From Oscillospiraceae bacterium (lineage in GTDB: Bacteria; Bacillota; Clostridia; Oscillospirales; Oscillospiraceae): a stretch of 64,000 nt of DNA. The stretch's first letter is position 1. The number at the start of each line of letters is the position of its first letter. Below the pieces are notes generated by a model. The model made no database searches. It was not told the origin of the DNA and worked only from the letters and a program-made list of their open reading frames with translations. Below are positions 37,401 through 46,583 of this stretch, piece by piece. Made by a program: the position numbers and the translations under genes. Where the stretch lies: positions 16,959 to 80,958 of the forward strand of contig SVMH01000001.1 in the NCBI GenBank assembly GCA_015067525.1, given 5' to 3'.

Positions 37401-40400
37401 AAGGAGAAGTCGTTCTTGGTGTACAGGGGGTTGGAGATCTCCACCTCATAACCGGTGACGGACTGCTCAGCGCCGTTATAGACCAGAGAATCCTTGTTAC
37501 CGGTGATGGTGACGATGACTTCGTCCACGGGGGTGATCTTCAGCTCACCGTCGGTGACTTCGAAGGTGACGGTGAAGTTCTCGTTGGTGTTGGAGAACTG
37601 ATCCTTGGTCAGGCCCATGGGATAGGTATCGGCCACGGTGCCCTTGGCAACGGCCTCGCCGGAGAAGGTGAAGTCGGCCTCGGTGTAGAGCTTGTCGGAG
37701 ATGGAGACCTTGTAGCCTTCCACCTTCTGCTCAGCGCCGTTGTAGACCTTGACGTCCTTGTTACCGGTGATGGTCACGGTGACGGGCAGGACCTTGATGC
37801 CCAGAGAACCGTCGTTGACCACGAAGGTGACATCCTGGAAGTTCTTGTTGGTGTTGGAGAACTGCTTCTCATTCAGACCCATGGGATACAGGCCTGCGTC
37901 AGTGCCCTTGGCAACAGCCTCGCCGGAGAAGGCGAAGTCGGCCTCGGTGTACAGGGTGTTGTTGATGGAGACCTCATAGCCCTCCACCTTCTGCTCAGCG
38001 CCGTTGTAGACCAGAGAATCCTTGTTGCCGGTGATGGTGACCACGATGCCCTCGAGAGGAGTGATCTCCAGCTCGCCGTCGTTTACCTCGAAGGTGACGG
38101 TGAAGTTCTTGCTGGTGTTGGAGAACTGCTCAGCCTTCAGGCCCATGGGATAGGTATCCACATCGGTGCCCTTGGCGATGGCCTCGCCGGAGAAGGTGAT
38201 GTTGGACTCGGCATACAGAGGATCGGAGATGGTGACCTCATAGCCTTCCACCTTCTGCTCAGTGCCGGTGTAGACCAGGGAATCCTTGTTGCCGGTGACG
38301 GTCACGTCGATGGCCAGAGGAGTGATCTCCAGAGAGCCGTCGGTCACATTGAAGGTGACGCCTTCGAAGTTGTCGTTGTTGTTGACGAACTGGGAAGCGG
38401 CCAGACCCATGGCGTAGGTGTCCACGTCGGTGCCGGCGGCAACGGCAGCGCCGTTGAAGGTGAAGTCAGCCTTGGTGTAGAGGGTGTTGCTGATGGAGAC
38501 CTCATAACCGGTGACGGACTGCTGGGCGCCGTTGTAGACCAGAGAATCCTTGTTACCGGTGATGGTGACCACCACGTTCTTGACGGGGGTGATCTCCAGC
38601 TGGCCGTCGGTGACGGTGAAGGTAACGGTGAAGTTATCGTTGGTGTTGGAGAACTGCTCCTCAGCCAGACCCATGGGATAGGTACCCACGTTGGTGCCCT
38701 TGGCGACATCGGTGCCGGAGAAGGAGAAGTCAGCTTCCTTGTACAGGCTGTTGCTGATCTCCACCTCATAACCGGAAACGGACTGCTCGGCGCCGTTGTA
38801 GACCTTGGAGTCGGTGTTGCCGGTGATGGTCACGTCGATGGCCAGAGGATCGATCTTCAAAGAGCCGTCGTTGACCACGAACTCCACATTGGTGAAGTTG
38901 GTGTTGGTGTTGGCAAACTGGGAAACGGCCAGACCCATGGGATAGGTACCCACGTTGGTGCCGGCGGCAACCTTGGTGCCGGAGAAGGAGAAGTCAGCCT
39001 CGGTGTACAGGGGGTTGGAGATGGCCACTTCATAACCGGAGACGGACTGCTCAGCGCCGTTGAAGGTCTTGGTGTCCTTGTTGCCGGTGATGGTGACGAC
39101 CACCTTGTCCACAGGGGTGATCTCCAGCTGACCGTCGTTTACCACGAAGGTGACGGTGAAGTTGGTGTTGTTGTTGGTGAACTGCTTCTCATTCAGGCCC
39201 ATGGGGTACTTGCCCACGGCAGTGCCCTTGGCGACAGCCTCGCCGGAGAAGGAGAAGTAGCTCTCCTTGTACAGATCATTGCTGATCTCGACCTCATAGC
39301 CGGAAACGGACTGCTCCTTGCCGTTGTAGACCTGAACGTCCTTGTTGCCGGTGATGGTCACGGTGATGGCCAGAGGATCGATGACCACTTCGCCATCCAC
39401 CACCACGAACTCCACGTTGGTGAAGTTGGTGTTCTTATTGGTGAAATCGGAGGCCTTCACATCCATGGGATAGTTGCCCACGTCGGTGCCGCTGACAGCA
39501 GCGGTGCCGGAGAAGGTGAAGTCGGTTTCCTTATACAGGGGGTTGGAGATGGAGACGGTGTAACCGTTGGCGCTCTTCACAGTGCCGTCATAGGTGTACT
39601 TGCCGCCGTTCTCCGTGATGGTCACGGTGACCTTGTCGGTGACGGGGGTGATCTGCAGAGAGCCGTCGGTCACGTTGAAGGTAACGGTGAAGTTGGCGTT
39701 GTTGTTGGCGAACTGGGAAGCGGCCAGACCCATGGGATAAGTACCCACGTTGGTGCCCTTGGCTACCTTGCTGCCGGAGAAGGAGAAGTCGGATTCCTTG
39801 TACAGGCTGTCGGAGATCTCGACCTCATAGCCTTCCACCTGCTGCTCGCTGCCGTTATAGACCTTGGTGGCGGTGTTGCCGGTGATGGTCACGGTGACGG
39901 GCAGGGGGGTGATGGTCAGCGTGCCGGGCACGGTGCTGACGGTGAACTGATAGGTCACGTCATTGCCGTCGGCATCCAGGATCTTGGCGGTGCCGGTGAA
40001 GCTGCTGGTGGTGGAGCCCACGTCAGTGCGGGAAGCACCGGCGGTCAGACCGTTGAGGGTGTAGCCGCTGGGCAGACCGGCCACGGTGTAGCCGCTGACG
40101 GACTGGGCGCTGCCGTTATATGCCAGCGTGGCGCTGTTGGCCGTCACGGTGACGGTGCCCTTTTCGGCATACTGTGCCACATAGGTCACGTCTTTGGTCA
40201 CGGTCTTGGCAATGGCGGGAGACCAGCCGGTGAAGTAGTAACCGCTATCGGCGGTCACAGCGGGAGCGGTGGGGGTGGCGGAATGGCGCTTGATGTTCTC
40301 GTGCACCACGTTGCCGTCGGCATCCTGACCGGCCAGAGCGCCGTGAGCGCCCTCGTTATAGGTCACGGTGTAGCGGGAGGTGACGCCCTTCAGGCCGGGA

Positions 40401-41863
40401 ACGGGGAAGTCATACTCGGTATCGCCCCAAGCCAGCTTGGTCTCGCCGTTGGCGGGATGCCAGGCGGTCTCGTCAAAGCCCGCAGCGTCGGCATCCAGAT
40501 AGACGGTATAGGACAGGGTGTAGGTGTAGGTGGTCACACCGGCGTTGGTGCTGCCGTCCACATCCTGCAGCTGCCAGGTCAGATTGGAGGCATCGCCGGT
40601 GACGCCCTCAGGCAAGTCGGCGGTGGGGGTGGTGACGCTGACGTTATTGCCCATGGGGTCGGTAACGGTGTTCAGCGCAATGCCCTGGGTGATGTCCTCG
40701 GTGATGGCGGCAAATGCGGCCATCAGACCGGCGGTGTTGTCAGCGTTGTAGGCGAAGGTGTGGCTCGTACCCTCATCGTCGGTATAGGCGGGAGTGGCCA
40801 CGCTGTTGCGCAGGAAGTTACCCACGGTGGGGCCGCCGCTGTAGGTGTTGTCGTTAGCCACACCGAAGCACACGGTGTACAGGCTTGCACCGGTGCCCTT
40901 CAGCGCGGTGGCAGATGCAGTGGCGTTGCTGTTGTTCTGGCTGCTGCCGTTGCTGCCGTTGCCGCCCACGTTTTCATAATAAGGGTCAGAGAAGATGCCG
41001 CCGCTGTGGTAATCACCACCGATGGCGGTAGTAGAGCTCTGAACGCTATTCATGCGGAAGGTGGGCTTACCGTCGGTCAGGACTACAGCATACTTGCTGG
41101 AGACAGAGGCGACGGCATCGGCGCCCAGCAGGTTCTTGCCCAGACGGATACCGGCGTCCAGATTGGTGCCGCCGGAGTCAGTGTCATTCCAACCGGTGGT
41201 GAAGCCGGGGGCGAGAGCGTTGATGGTGTTCACAGCAGAATCATAGCTGTTCTTCCCTGCGCCGCCGGCCACATTGACCCAGCCCAGCATGGTCTTGGCA
41301 GTGGTACCGTAACCCACGATGGCCAGATAGCGGTTGGCGCTGGCATCGGTACCGGCATAGCCGGCCACGGCGGGCGTATCACCGCTGGCGGGCGTGCCTG
41401 CCAGGAACTGCAGAGCGGCCTGCTTGGCGGCGTACAGACGGGTCTGGGTGGTGGTGATGTCGTTGTTATAGCGCGAGTAGTGTTTGCAGTCCTGCGCGTG
41501 CCGGTTATTATTGCCGCACTCGGCGCAGTACAACATGGAGTTGGACAGGTCGATGACCAGCACGGTGGCGGCTGCACTGGTGCGCAGCACGGTGGGGGTC
41601 TGCACCTGCACCTGCAGGTTGATGGTAAAGGTGTTGGGCTGGCCGGCCACGGGAGTGGCGACCTTGCTCAGGGTCAGGTCGGTGCCGGCATCATCTACGT
41701 CCTCGTAGGTGATGGAGCCGGTGCCGCCGGGGGTCCAGACGCCACCTTCATAGGTACCGTTGGTGACGGGGGATTCGTCACCCTCGGCTGCCCATGCCGT
41801 GGGTGTGGTGAGGCTGAAGAGCATCACCAGTGCCATGAAGAGGGACAAGATGCGTTTTCTCAA
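34484..41863 (-). CDS. Giant sortase-anchored surface protein/adhesin: signal peptide, vWA domain, 16 tandem ~88-aa repeats, MBG-like and DUF11-like domains
   Basis: TTG start after AAGGAGGAG; signal peptide ending AWA; MIDAS-type DLSNSM...GGTN...LTDG; C-terminal APKTGD, TM segment and basic tail. Confidence 0.9.
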   Translation of the reverse strand: MRKRILSLFMALVMLFSLTTPTAWAAEGDESPVTNGTYEGGVWTPGGTGSITYEDVDDAGTDLTLSKVATPVAGQPNTFTINLQVQVQTPTVLRTSAAATVLVIDLSNSMLYCAECGNNNRHAQDCKHYSRYNNDITTTQTRLYAAKQAALQFLAGTPASGDTPAVAGYAGTDASANRYLAIVGYGTTAKTMLGWVNVAGGAGKNSYDSAVNTINALAPGFTTGWNDTDSGGTNLDAGIRLGKNLLGADAVASVSSKYAVVLTDGKPTFRMNSVQSSTTAIGGDYHSGGIFSDPYYENVGGNGSNGSSQNNSNATASATALKGTGASLYTVCFGVANDNTYSGGPTVGNFLRNSVATPAYTDDEGTSHTFAYNADNTAGLMAAFAAITEDITQGIALNTVTDPMGNNVSVTTPTADLPEGVTGDASNLTWQLQDVDGSTNAGVTTYTYTLSYTVYLDADAAGFDETAWHPANGETKLAWGDTEYDFPVPGLKGVTSRYTVTYNEGAHGALAGQDADGNVVHENIKRHSATPTAPAVTADSGYYFTGWSPAIAKTVTKDVTYVAQYAEKGTVTVTANSATLAYNGSAQSVSGYTVAGLPSGYTLNGLTAGASRTDVGSTTSSFTGTAKILDADGNDVTYQFTVSTVPGTLTITPLPVTVTITGNTATKVYNGSEQQVEGYEVEISDSLYKESDFSFSGSKVAKGTNVGTYPMGLAASQFANNNANFTVTFNVTDGSLQITPVTDKVTVTITENGGKYTYDGTVKSANGYTVSISNPLYKETDFTFSGTAAVSGTDVGNYPMDVKASDFTNKNTNFTNVEFVVVDGEVVIDPLAITVTITGNKDVQVYNGKEQSVSGYEVEISNDLYKESYFSFSGEAVAKGTAVGKYPMGLNEKQFTNNNTNFTVTFVVNDGQLEITPVDKVVVTITGNKDTKTFNGAEQSVSGYEVAISNPLYTEADFSFSGTKVAAGTNVGTYPMGLAVSQFANTNTNFTNVEFVVNDGSLKIDPLAIDVTITGNTDSKVYNGAEQSVSGYEVEISNSLYKEADFSFSGTDVAKGTNVGTYPMGLAEEQFSNTNDNFTVTFTVTDGQLEITPVKNVVVTITGNKDSLVYNGAQQSVTGYEVSISNTLYTKADFTFNGAAVAAGTDVDTYAMGLAASQFVNNNDNFEGVTFNVTDGSLEITPLAIDVTVTGNKDSLVYTGTEQKVEGYEVTISDPLYAESNITFSGEAIAKGTDVDTYPMGLKAEQFSNTSKNFTVTFEVNDGELEITPLEGIVVTITGNKDSLVYNGAEQKVEGYEVSINNTLYTEADFAFSGEAVAKGTDAGLYPMGLNEKQFSNTNKNFQDVTFVVNDGSLGIKVLPVTVTITGNKDVKVYNGAEQKVEGYKVSISDKLYTEADFTFSGEAVAKGTVADTYPMGLTKDQFSNTNENFTVTFEVTDGELKITPVDEVIVTITGNKDSLVYNGAEQSVTGYEVEISNPLYTKNDFSFSGEAVAAGTDVDKYPMGLAASQFTNNNPNFAKVTFNVTDGELEITPLAVTVTITGNKDVKVYNGSEQKVEGYKVSISDKLYTEADIAFSGEAVAKGTAVGKYPMGLTKDQFSNKNGNFTVTFTVTDGQLEITPVDEVVVTITGNKASKVYNGSEQKVEDYTVSISNPLYKETDFSFSGTAVAAGTNVGTYPMGLNEKQFTNTNPNFKSVKFVVSDGSLEITPLAVTVTITGNKDSKVYNGAEQKVEGYTVAISDKLYTEADFAFNGTAVAAGTTVGKYPMNLATSQFTNKNDNFTVTFVVNDGQLEITPITDKVTVTVKEHSDKVTYDSTEKTVTGYDVVSISNALYTTADFTFNGDATVKGTNVGNYPMAVKSSDFANTNKNFTNVEFVVEDGALVIDPLAVTVTITGNKDSKVYNGAEQKVEGYTVAISDKLYTEADFTFSGNAVAKGTDVDTYPMGLAKEQFTNKNANFDVTFVVTDGALTITPLTGVVVTIVGNTGTKMYNGAEQKVEGYKVTNISSTLYAESNISFSGTAVAAGTDVGTYPMGLAASQFANTSKNFEGVTFNVTDGALEITKRTVVLTSGSGSKMYNGTALKVESVAVTGDGFVAGEGADYSNFASITNVGSVDNTFTYTLKDGTKAANYDITVKEGVLTVNKHTNAKLEATGYTGVYDGQLHNGVTSQAVTGAVATDEWTYTYSVDGVTYTAEMPQYQDVGNYTVYVKASNDNYEGDALTTTVPVVITPATIVVTADSHTIATGDADPELTYQVNTPVATETPAFTGELVREAGAAKGEYPITQGTLALTDGEGFKAANYVLEFVPGTLTILQRSLDVEKTAGSDKVFAGKPLTYTIVVTNNGEVDLKDVVLVDEMLGLTETIGALAVGEIWTGEYEYVPTTEQIGQTLFNTAVVNAEGGTTDEDTSEGTTVYRPAPKTGDTTPVGLLTGAMLVSLAGVVVLLLKQRKEREGYAE
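35669..39904 (-). repeat. 16 intragenic tandem repeats, alternating 87 and 89-91 aa
   Basis: Consensus VTITGNKDxKVYNGxEQxVxGYxVxISxxLYxExDFxFSGxAVAxGTxVxxYPMGLxxxQFxNxNxNFxVTFxVxDGxLxITP, counted by hand. Confidence 0.92.
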
Positions 41864-42073
41864 TGGTATCTCCTCCTTAGTTGAGAATGTCGCCCGGATC
41901 GGGAAAGAGACTGCCGGCGCGTGGCCGCCGGCCGCCCTCTGCCTCACCGGAGCGATGAGCAATTGTCAGGCAGGAACAAATGCTCCAAAACCCATATTTG
42001 CAATGCGCAATTGCCCAAATCCGGCAGGAGGCAATTTTTGCATTATATAAATATGGATATACCTAATGACAGC

Positions 42074-42102
42074 AGTATAAAACAAAATGCGCCCCCTGTA
42101 AA
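42074..42102 (-). promoter_or_regulatory. SigmaA promoter of the adhesin, giving a ~200-nt leader
   Basis: TTTACA-17-TATACT on the minus strand. Confidence 0.6.
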
Positions 42103-42321
42103 GTGCAAATTTGTTAGTAAGGTCACAGAATTTACCGTGTTATTTTGACATATCTCACAATAAAGTTATAAAAATCAACAAATCAACAGCATGTGTCAAT
42201 TATCCTTTTTCACGTGTCATGACACTCGTTTTTTGGATAAAAATACCCGTTTTTTGCCGCTTGCAATTGCCAAAAAAAGAGGACCGCCCTTTCACGTGAA
42301 AGAGCGGTCCGAATTTGTTTT

Positions 42322-43722
42322 TCAGGGGGTGACATTTGACGGTTTGCTGTCCACCACACGGTAACGGTCCAGCGGCGTTTTGTGGTAGTAAATCGTGTTG
42401 GCAAGGCTGCAGATGAGCCAGCCGGCGGGGTAGGCCATGGCGATGGGGATGAGGGTGTTGGAGATGAAGTTGGCCATGACGTACAGGTAGATCTGGCGGA
42501 ACACCACGAACGAGCCCAGCATCATCACCATGGGGGCGCGGGTGTTGCCGGCGCCGCGCAGGGCAGCGGAGTACACCTGATTGAGGCAGCACAGCAGGTA
42601 GAAGGGGCTCAGCAGCCGCAGCAGCAGCGTGCCGTATTCGATGACCTCCGGCTTATCGTTGAAGAAGGCGGTCAGCTGCGGGGCGAAGATCAGCAGCGGG
42701 ATGAGGACGATGGCGGTGATGCCTATGGACATCTTCAGGGCGGTGCGCACACCGGCCTTGGCGCGGTCCACGTTGCCCTTTCCCAGATTCTGCCCCACGA
42801 AGGTGGTGGAGGCCAGCGCCACGGACTGCATGGGCAGGAACATCAGCTGATCCACCTTGGCGTAGGTGGTCCAGCCGGACATACAGTCGGTGCCGAAGAA
42901 GTTGATGTAGGACTGGACGAAGATGTTGGAGAAGGCGGTGATGGCCATCTGGATGGCGGCGGGGAAGCCCAGCGTGACGATTTTTTTCAGGGTGGGCCAG
43001 TCCATGCGCAGCCAGCTCAGCTTCACCTGCACCACCGACTCGGTGCGCATCAGCACCGTCAGCACCAATACCGCCGACAGGGACTGGGCGATGACGGTGG
43101 CCCATGCCACGCCGGCCACGCCCATGTCAAAGTACAGCACGAACACCAGATCCAGCACGATGTTGGTGCAGGCCGAGAGGATGAGGAAGTAGAAGGGACG
43201 GCGGGAGTCGCCCACGGCGCGCAGGATGCTGGCGCCCATGTTGTACATCATCATGCTCAAAAGGCCGGAGAAGTAGATGGTCAGATACGTGCTGGCATCC
43301 GCCACGGCCTCGGCAGGCATTTTGATCAAACGCAGGGCGGTGGGCACCATCAAAATGCCCACGGCGGTCAGCACCAGACCCAGCGTCAGCGTCATCAGCA
43401 GCGCCGTGTGCACGGCCTGGCGCACCCGAAGCTGCATTTTGGCGCCGTAATACTGGGAGATGACCACGCCGGCGCCGCTGGAGAAGCCGGCATAGAAGCC
43501 CAGCAGCATATTGATGATGGGACCCATGGTGCCCACGGCGGAGTAGGCCACGTTGGACACGTAGTTGCCTACCACCCAGGTATCCACCATGTTATACAGC
43601 TGCTGGAACAGATTACCTGCCAGCAGCGGCAGGGAAAAGTGCAGCAAAAGCTTAAAAATGCTGCCCTCGGTCATGTCTACATCACGCCGCGTGCGGCGCG
43701 GTGCGGTGGCTTCCTGTGCCAT
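42322..43722 (-). CDS. MATE family efflux transporter
   Basis: QQLYNMVDTWVVG and LRAVGDSRRPFYFL...NIVLD; twofold internal repeat. Confidence 0.95.
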   Translation of the reverse strand: MAQEATAPRRTRRDVDMTEGSIFKLLLHFSLPLLAGNLFQQLYNMVDTWVVGNYVSNVAYSAVGTMGPIINMLLGFYAGFSSGAGVVISQYYGAKMQLRVRQAVHTALLMTLTLGLVLTAVGILMVPTALRLIKMPAEAVADASTYLTIYFSGLLSMMMYNMGASILRAVGDSRRPFYFLILSACTNIVLDLVFVLYFDMGVAGVAWATVIAQSLSAVLVLTVLMRTESVVQVKLSWLRMDWPTLKKIVTLGFPAAIQMAITAFSNIFVQSYINFFGTDCMSGWTTYAKVDQLMFLPMQSVALASTTFVGQNLGKGNVDRAKAGVRTALKMSIGITAIVLIPLLIFAPQLTAFFNDKPEVIEYGTLLLRLLSPFYLLCCLNQVYSAALRGAGNTRAPMVMMLGSFVVFRQIYLYVMANFISNTLIPIAMAYPAGWLICSLANTIYYHKTPLDRYRVVDSKPSNVTP

Positions 43723-43801
43723 AGCGCATCCTCCCCCTTATACTGATTACCTCAAGGATACCATTTGGGGGCGGAGTTTTCAACAAAAAATGCCAGAAAA
43801 T

Positions 43802-44443
43802 TCAAAAAATGTCACAGGAGAACTCTTCCGGTGACGCCGGACGCATGACGGACACCTCGTAGGCGGTGCGCTGCTCGGTCTGGCTGCCGCTGAGGGACTT
43901 GGTGTAGGTGCGGCTCTGGATGCGTCCCTCCAGCGCCATGGGCGCGCCCACGTCCAGCAGCGCCGTCTGCTCGGCCACGGCGCCCCACGAGATGCACGGC
44001 AGGTAATCCGCCCGCCCGTAGCGGCGGTTGACGGCCAGGATCACGTCACAGATCTCGCGGCCCAGCGGCGTGCGGCGGAAGGTGGGCGTTTTGCACACGG
44101 TGCCGGCAAGGCGCACCACGTTGCACGCCTCGTCCTCCGAGGGGACGAGGGTGCGGGCCAGCACGCTGATGATGAGCCGCGGCCCGACGCCACTTTTGTT
44201 GTTGTACGAGCGCAGCTGGCCGGTGAGGCTGACCCATTCGCCTTCGCACAGGGGATGGGCGTCCAGCAGCGTCTGGGGTGCGATGATGTTCACTACGTCG
44301 CACTGGCCGCTCAGGCGCGGCACTGACAGGGGAAACCGGCAGAAGAGCTGGCTGTGATTGGTGTGGGAGGGGACGGGCGCCGCGGCCACACGGCCGCACA
44401 AAACGGCGCGGTTATGGTGAAATGGCTTGCGATTCAATTCCAT
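43802..44443 (-). CDS. ssb: Clostridial tandem-OB single-stranded DNA-binding protein
   Basis: Two OB halves (GQLRSYN; RRTPLGREICD..LAVNR..DYLPCISWG; EGRIQSR..YEVS); no acidic C-terminal tip. Confidence 0.85.
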   Translation of the reverse strand: MELNRKPFHHNRAVLCGRVAAAPVPSHTNHSQLFCRFPLSVPRLSGQCDVVNIIAPQTLLDAHPLCEGEWVSLTGQLRSYNNKSGVGPRLIISVLARTLVPSEDEACNVVRLAGTVCKTPTFRRTPLGREICDVILAVNRRYGRADYLPCISWGAVAEQTALLDVGAPMALEGRIQSRTYTKSLSGSQTEQRTAYEVSVMRPASPEEFSCDIF

Positions 44444-44472
44444 GGTGCTCCACCTTTGTTGTTTGATGGCCT

Positions 44473-44501
44473 ACTCTATGACGCACCGCGGCGGAATATG
44501 C
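44473..44501 (-). promoter_or_regulatory. SigmaE-type sporulation promoter upstream of ssb
   Basis: GCATA-N16-CATAGAGT on the minus strand. Confidence 0.5.
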
Positions 44502-44566
44502 CCTTTTCAAAAGCGGCAAACTGTGGTATGCTTTTGCCAAAGAAACGAGGAAAAGGAGCATGCTCT

Positions 44567-45433
44567 ATGCGCTACAAAGGAAAGGTATACCGTCCGCCCA
44601 GTGAGGCCTACAGCCTCATCGTACAGGTGACCTACGGCTGCAGTCACAACCGCTGCGCCTTCTGCGACATGTATGACGACAAGCATTTTTCTATGCGTCC
44701 GCTGGAGGAGATCTTTGAGGACTTCCGCATGGCCCGTCAGGCCTACCGTCGGGTGGAGCGGGTGTTTCTGGCCGACGGCGACGCCCTCATGCGCCGTACC
44801 GCCGACCTTGTGCAGATCCTTGATCTGATCTACGGCCTGTTTCCGGAGTGTGAGCGGGTCACCAGCTACGCATCTCCCGGCAGCCTCCACGCCAAGAGCG
44901 AGGAAGACCTTAGGCTGCTGCGCCAAAAGGGCCTCACCATGCTCTATATGGGTCTGGAGTCCGGCTGCGACGCGGTGCTGGAAAAGATGACCAAGGGCCA
45001 CACCGTGGCATCCATCGTGGAGGCCGGCAAAAAGGCGCGGCGCTGCGGCTTTGCGCTGTCGGTGACGGCCATCTCCGGCCTTGGCAGCCGCGAGCTGCTG
45101 GAAGAGCACGCCATCGGCACGGCCAAGGCTTTGAGCGAGATGAATCCCGAGTATATCGGCCTTCTCACGCTGATGGTGGAGCGGGGCACGCCGTTGGAGC
45201 AGTGGGTAAAGGAAGGCAGCTTTACCGTCCTTGGCCCGGCTGATATTCTGCGGGAGACGGAGCTCTTTTTGCAGCATATCGACTCTCCCGGCAGCGTCTT
45301 TCGTATGAATCACGCCTCCAACTACCTCACCCTTAAGGGTACGCTGAACGAAGACCGCGAGGCGCTGCTGGCGCGAGTCCACAAAGGTATGGAGGGCTAT
45401 GGCCTGCGCAGCGAATATATGCGCGCGCTGTGA
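44567..45433 (+). CDS. Radical SAM protein
   Basis: YRPPSEAYSL, GCSHNRCAFCDMY, FLADGDAL and YMGLESG. Confidence 0.9.
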   Translation: MRYKGKVYRPPSEAYSLIVQVTYGCSHNRCAFCDMYDDKHFSMRPLEEIFEDFRMARQAYRRVERVFLADGDALMRRTADLVQILDLIYGLFPECERVTSYASPGSLHAKSEEDLRLLRQKGLTMLYMGLESGCDAVLEKMTKGHTVASIVEAGKKARRCGFALSVTAISGLGSRELLEEHAIGTAKALSEMNPEYIGLLTLMVERGTPLEQWVKEGSFTVLGPADILRETELFLQHIDSPGSVFRMNHASNYLTLKGTLNEDREALLARVHKGMEGYGLRSEYMRAL

Positions 45434-45463
45434 GAAGAGAGAAAAAACGGGAGGGAAAACAGT

Positions 45464-46264
45464 ATGAACAGACAGAACATGTCCAGTGTCAGTCTGCCGG
45501 TGCGCCGCTACAGCAGCGCACGGTCCAATCTGATGCTGATGATGGTCTTCACGCTGGTCAACACGGTGCTGGCGGCGCTGAAGGGTGACATTTACTTTCT
45601 CTTTTCCTGCTACGCCGCCCATATGTCGGCGGTGCTGGGGCGGGAATTCTATGACTTGACCGGCAGCGTGCCGTATCTGCTGATCGGCCTGGGTGTGGCC
45701 TTGCTGGTGCTGCTGCCGTATCTGGTGTGTTGGATCCAATCCAAGAAGCGCCGCGGTTGGCTCATTGCGGCACTGGTGCTTTTTGCCATCGACACGGTGA
45801 TGCTGGCGGTGGATGCCTTGGCCATGGCGCAGGCCAGCTTTATCATGGATCTGGTCTTCCACATCTGGCTGCTGGTGAGCTTGTTTCTGGGTGTGCGCGC
45901 CGGCAAGGCGGCACTGGCGGAGCAGGCGGCCCCTGCGCTGGAGGAGACCACCTTCTACGATGCCTCGCTGGGCGGTGAGCCGGATACCAAGTGCCTCGGT
46001 CAGCCGCAGGAGGAGCGAAAGTACCGTCTGATCGTGCAGGCCATGCACGGCGGACGCACTATTGAGGTGCGCCGCAGCTACGGCCTGACGGAGCTGGTCA
46101 TCGACGGACGGCTCTATGGCAAGTGGGAGGGTGTTTCCGAGAGCTCCTATGAGATCGTCGCCCGCGTGGACGGCCATGAGATCGCCACCCGTTTTCTGCC
46201 TACCGGCAAGCAGACCATCGAGGTGGACGGGGAGATCATCGCCAAGAAACAGCGCCTGTATTGA
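45464..46264 (+). CDS. Hypothetical membrane protein (4 TM segments plus a soluble beta-rich C-terminal domain)
   Basis: GGGAGG RBS, hydrophobic segments, host-like codon usage. Confidence 0.75.
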   Translation: MNRQNMSSVSLPVRRYSSARSNLMLMMVFTLVNTVLAALKGDIYFLFSCYAAHMSAVLGREFYDLTGSVPYLLIGLGVALLVLLPYLVCWIQSKKRRGWLIAALVLFAIDTVMLAVDALAMAQASFIMDLVFHIWLLVSLFLGVRAGKAALAEQAAPALEETTFYDASLGGEPDTKCLGQPQEERKYRLIVQAMHGGRTIEVRRSYGLTELVIDGRLYGKWEGVSESSYEIVARVDGHEIATRFLPTGKQTIEVDGEIIAKKQRLY

Positions 46265-46277
46265 GCGCACAAAACCG

Positions 46278-46306
46278 TTGACAAACGGCACTGATGGTGG
46301 TACATT
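46278..46306 (+). promoter_or_regulatory. SigmaA promoter of the T-box leader
   Basis: TTGACA-17-TACATT with an extended TG. Confidence 0.75.
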
Positions 46307-46324
46307 ACAAACAATAACACCTCA

Positions 46325-46583
46325 AACCGATGCGTAAGAGGAGTAACCCTGACGGAAGCGCCAAGAGAGTTGCGGGCGGTGTGATCGCAGCCGGGGAAGA
46401 CAGGGCGAATGGCCTTACAAGGGCGGCGTGAAAGGAAACGAGTAGCGTTCGACGGCAGCCGCGGCCGTTACCCCGGCGGAGCGCATGACTGTGCGTGCAG
46501 AGTGGGCGCAACGCGCCAATTTGGGTGGTACCGCAGAAGCTTTTCGGCTCCTGTCCCATGGAAACATGGGACAGGAGTTTTTT
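46325..46583 (+). ncRNA. T-box riboswitch, Trp-specific
   Basis: AGAGA and GGTGTGA distal motifs; specifier GAA-TGG-C (TGG at 46410-46412); T-box AATTTGGGTGGTACCGC (46518-46534); terminator CTCCTGTCCCATG-gaaa-CATGGGACAGGAG-T6. Confidence 0.92.

Noticed and set aside
35669-39904. Possible CRISPR array or DGR template/variable repeats
   Set aside because: The repeats are ~264-bp in-frame coding units without spacers; there is no cas or reverse transcriptase gene, and the differences do not look adenine-restricted.
34445-41884. 2479-aa stop-free ORF antisense to the adhesin
   Set aside because: It is the codon-aligned antisense shadow. The sense gene avoids TTA/CTA/TCA codons, so the mirror frame has no stops. 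It has no recognisable motifs.
41880-42070. c-di-GMP-I or -II riboswitch call for the adhesin leader
   Set aside because: It lacks GGCAAA..GAAA..GACGCAAA (class I) and GGGCAC..GTGCAACC (class II); kept only as an unknown structured leader.
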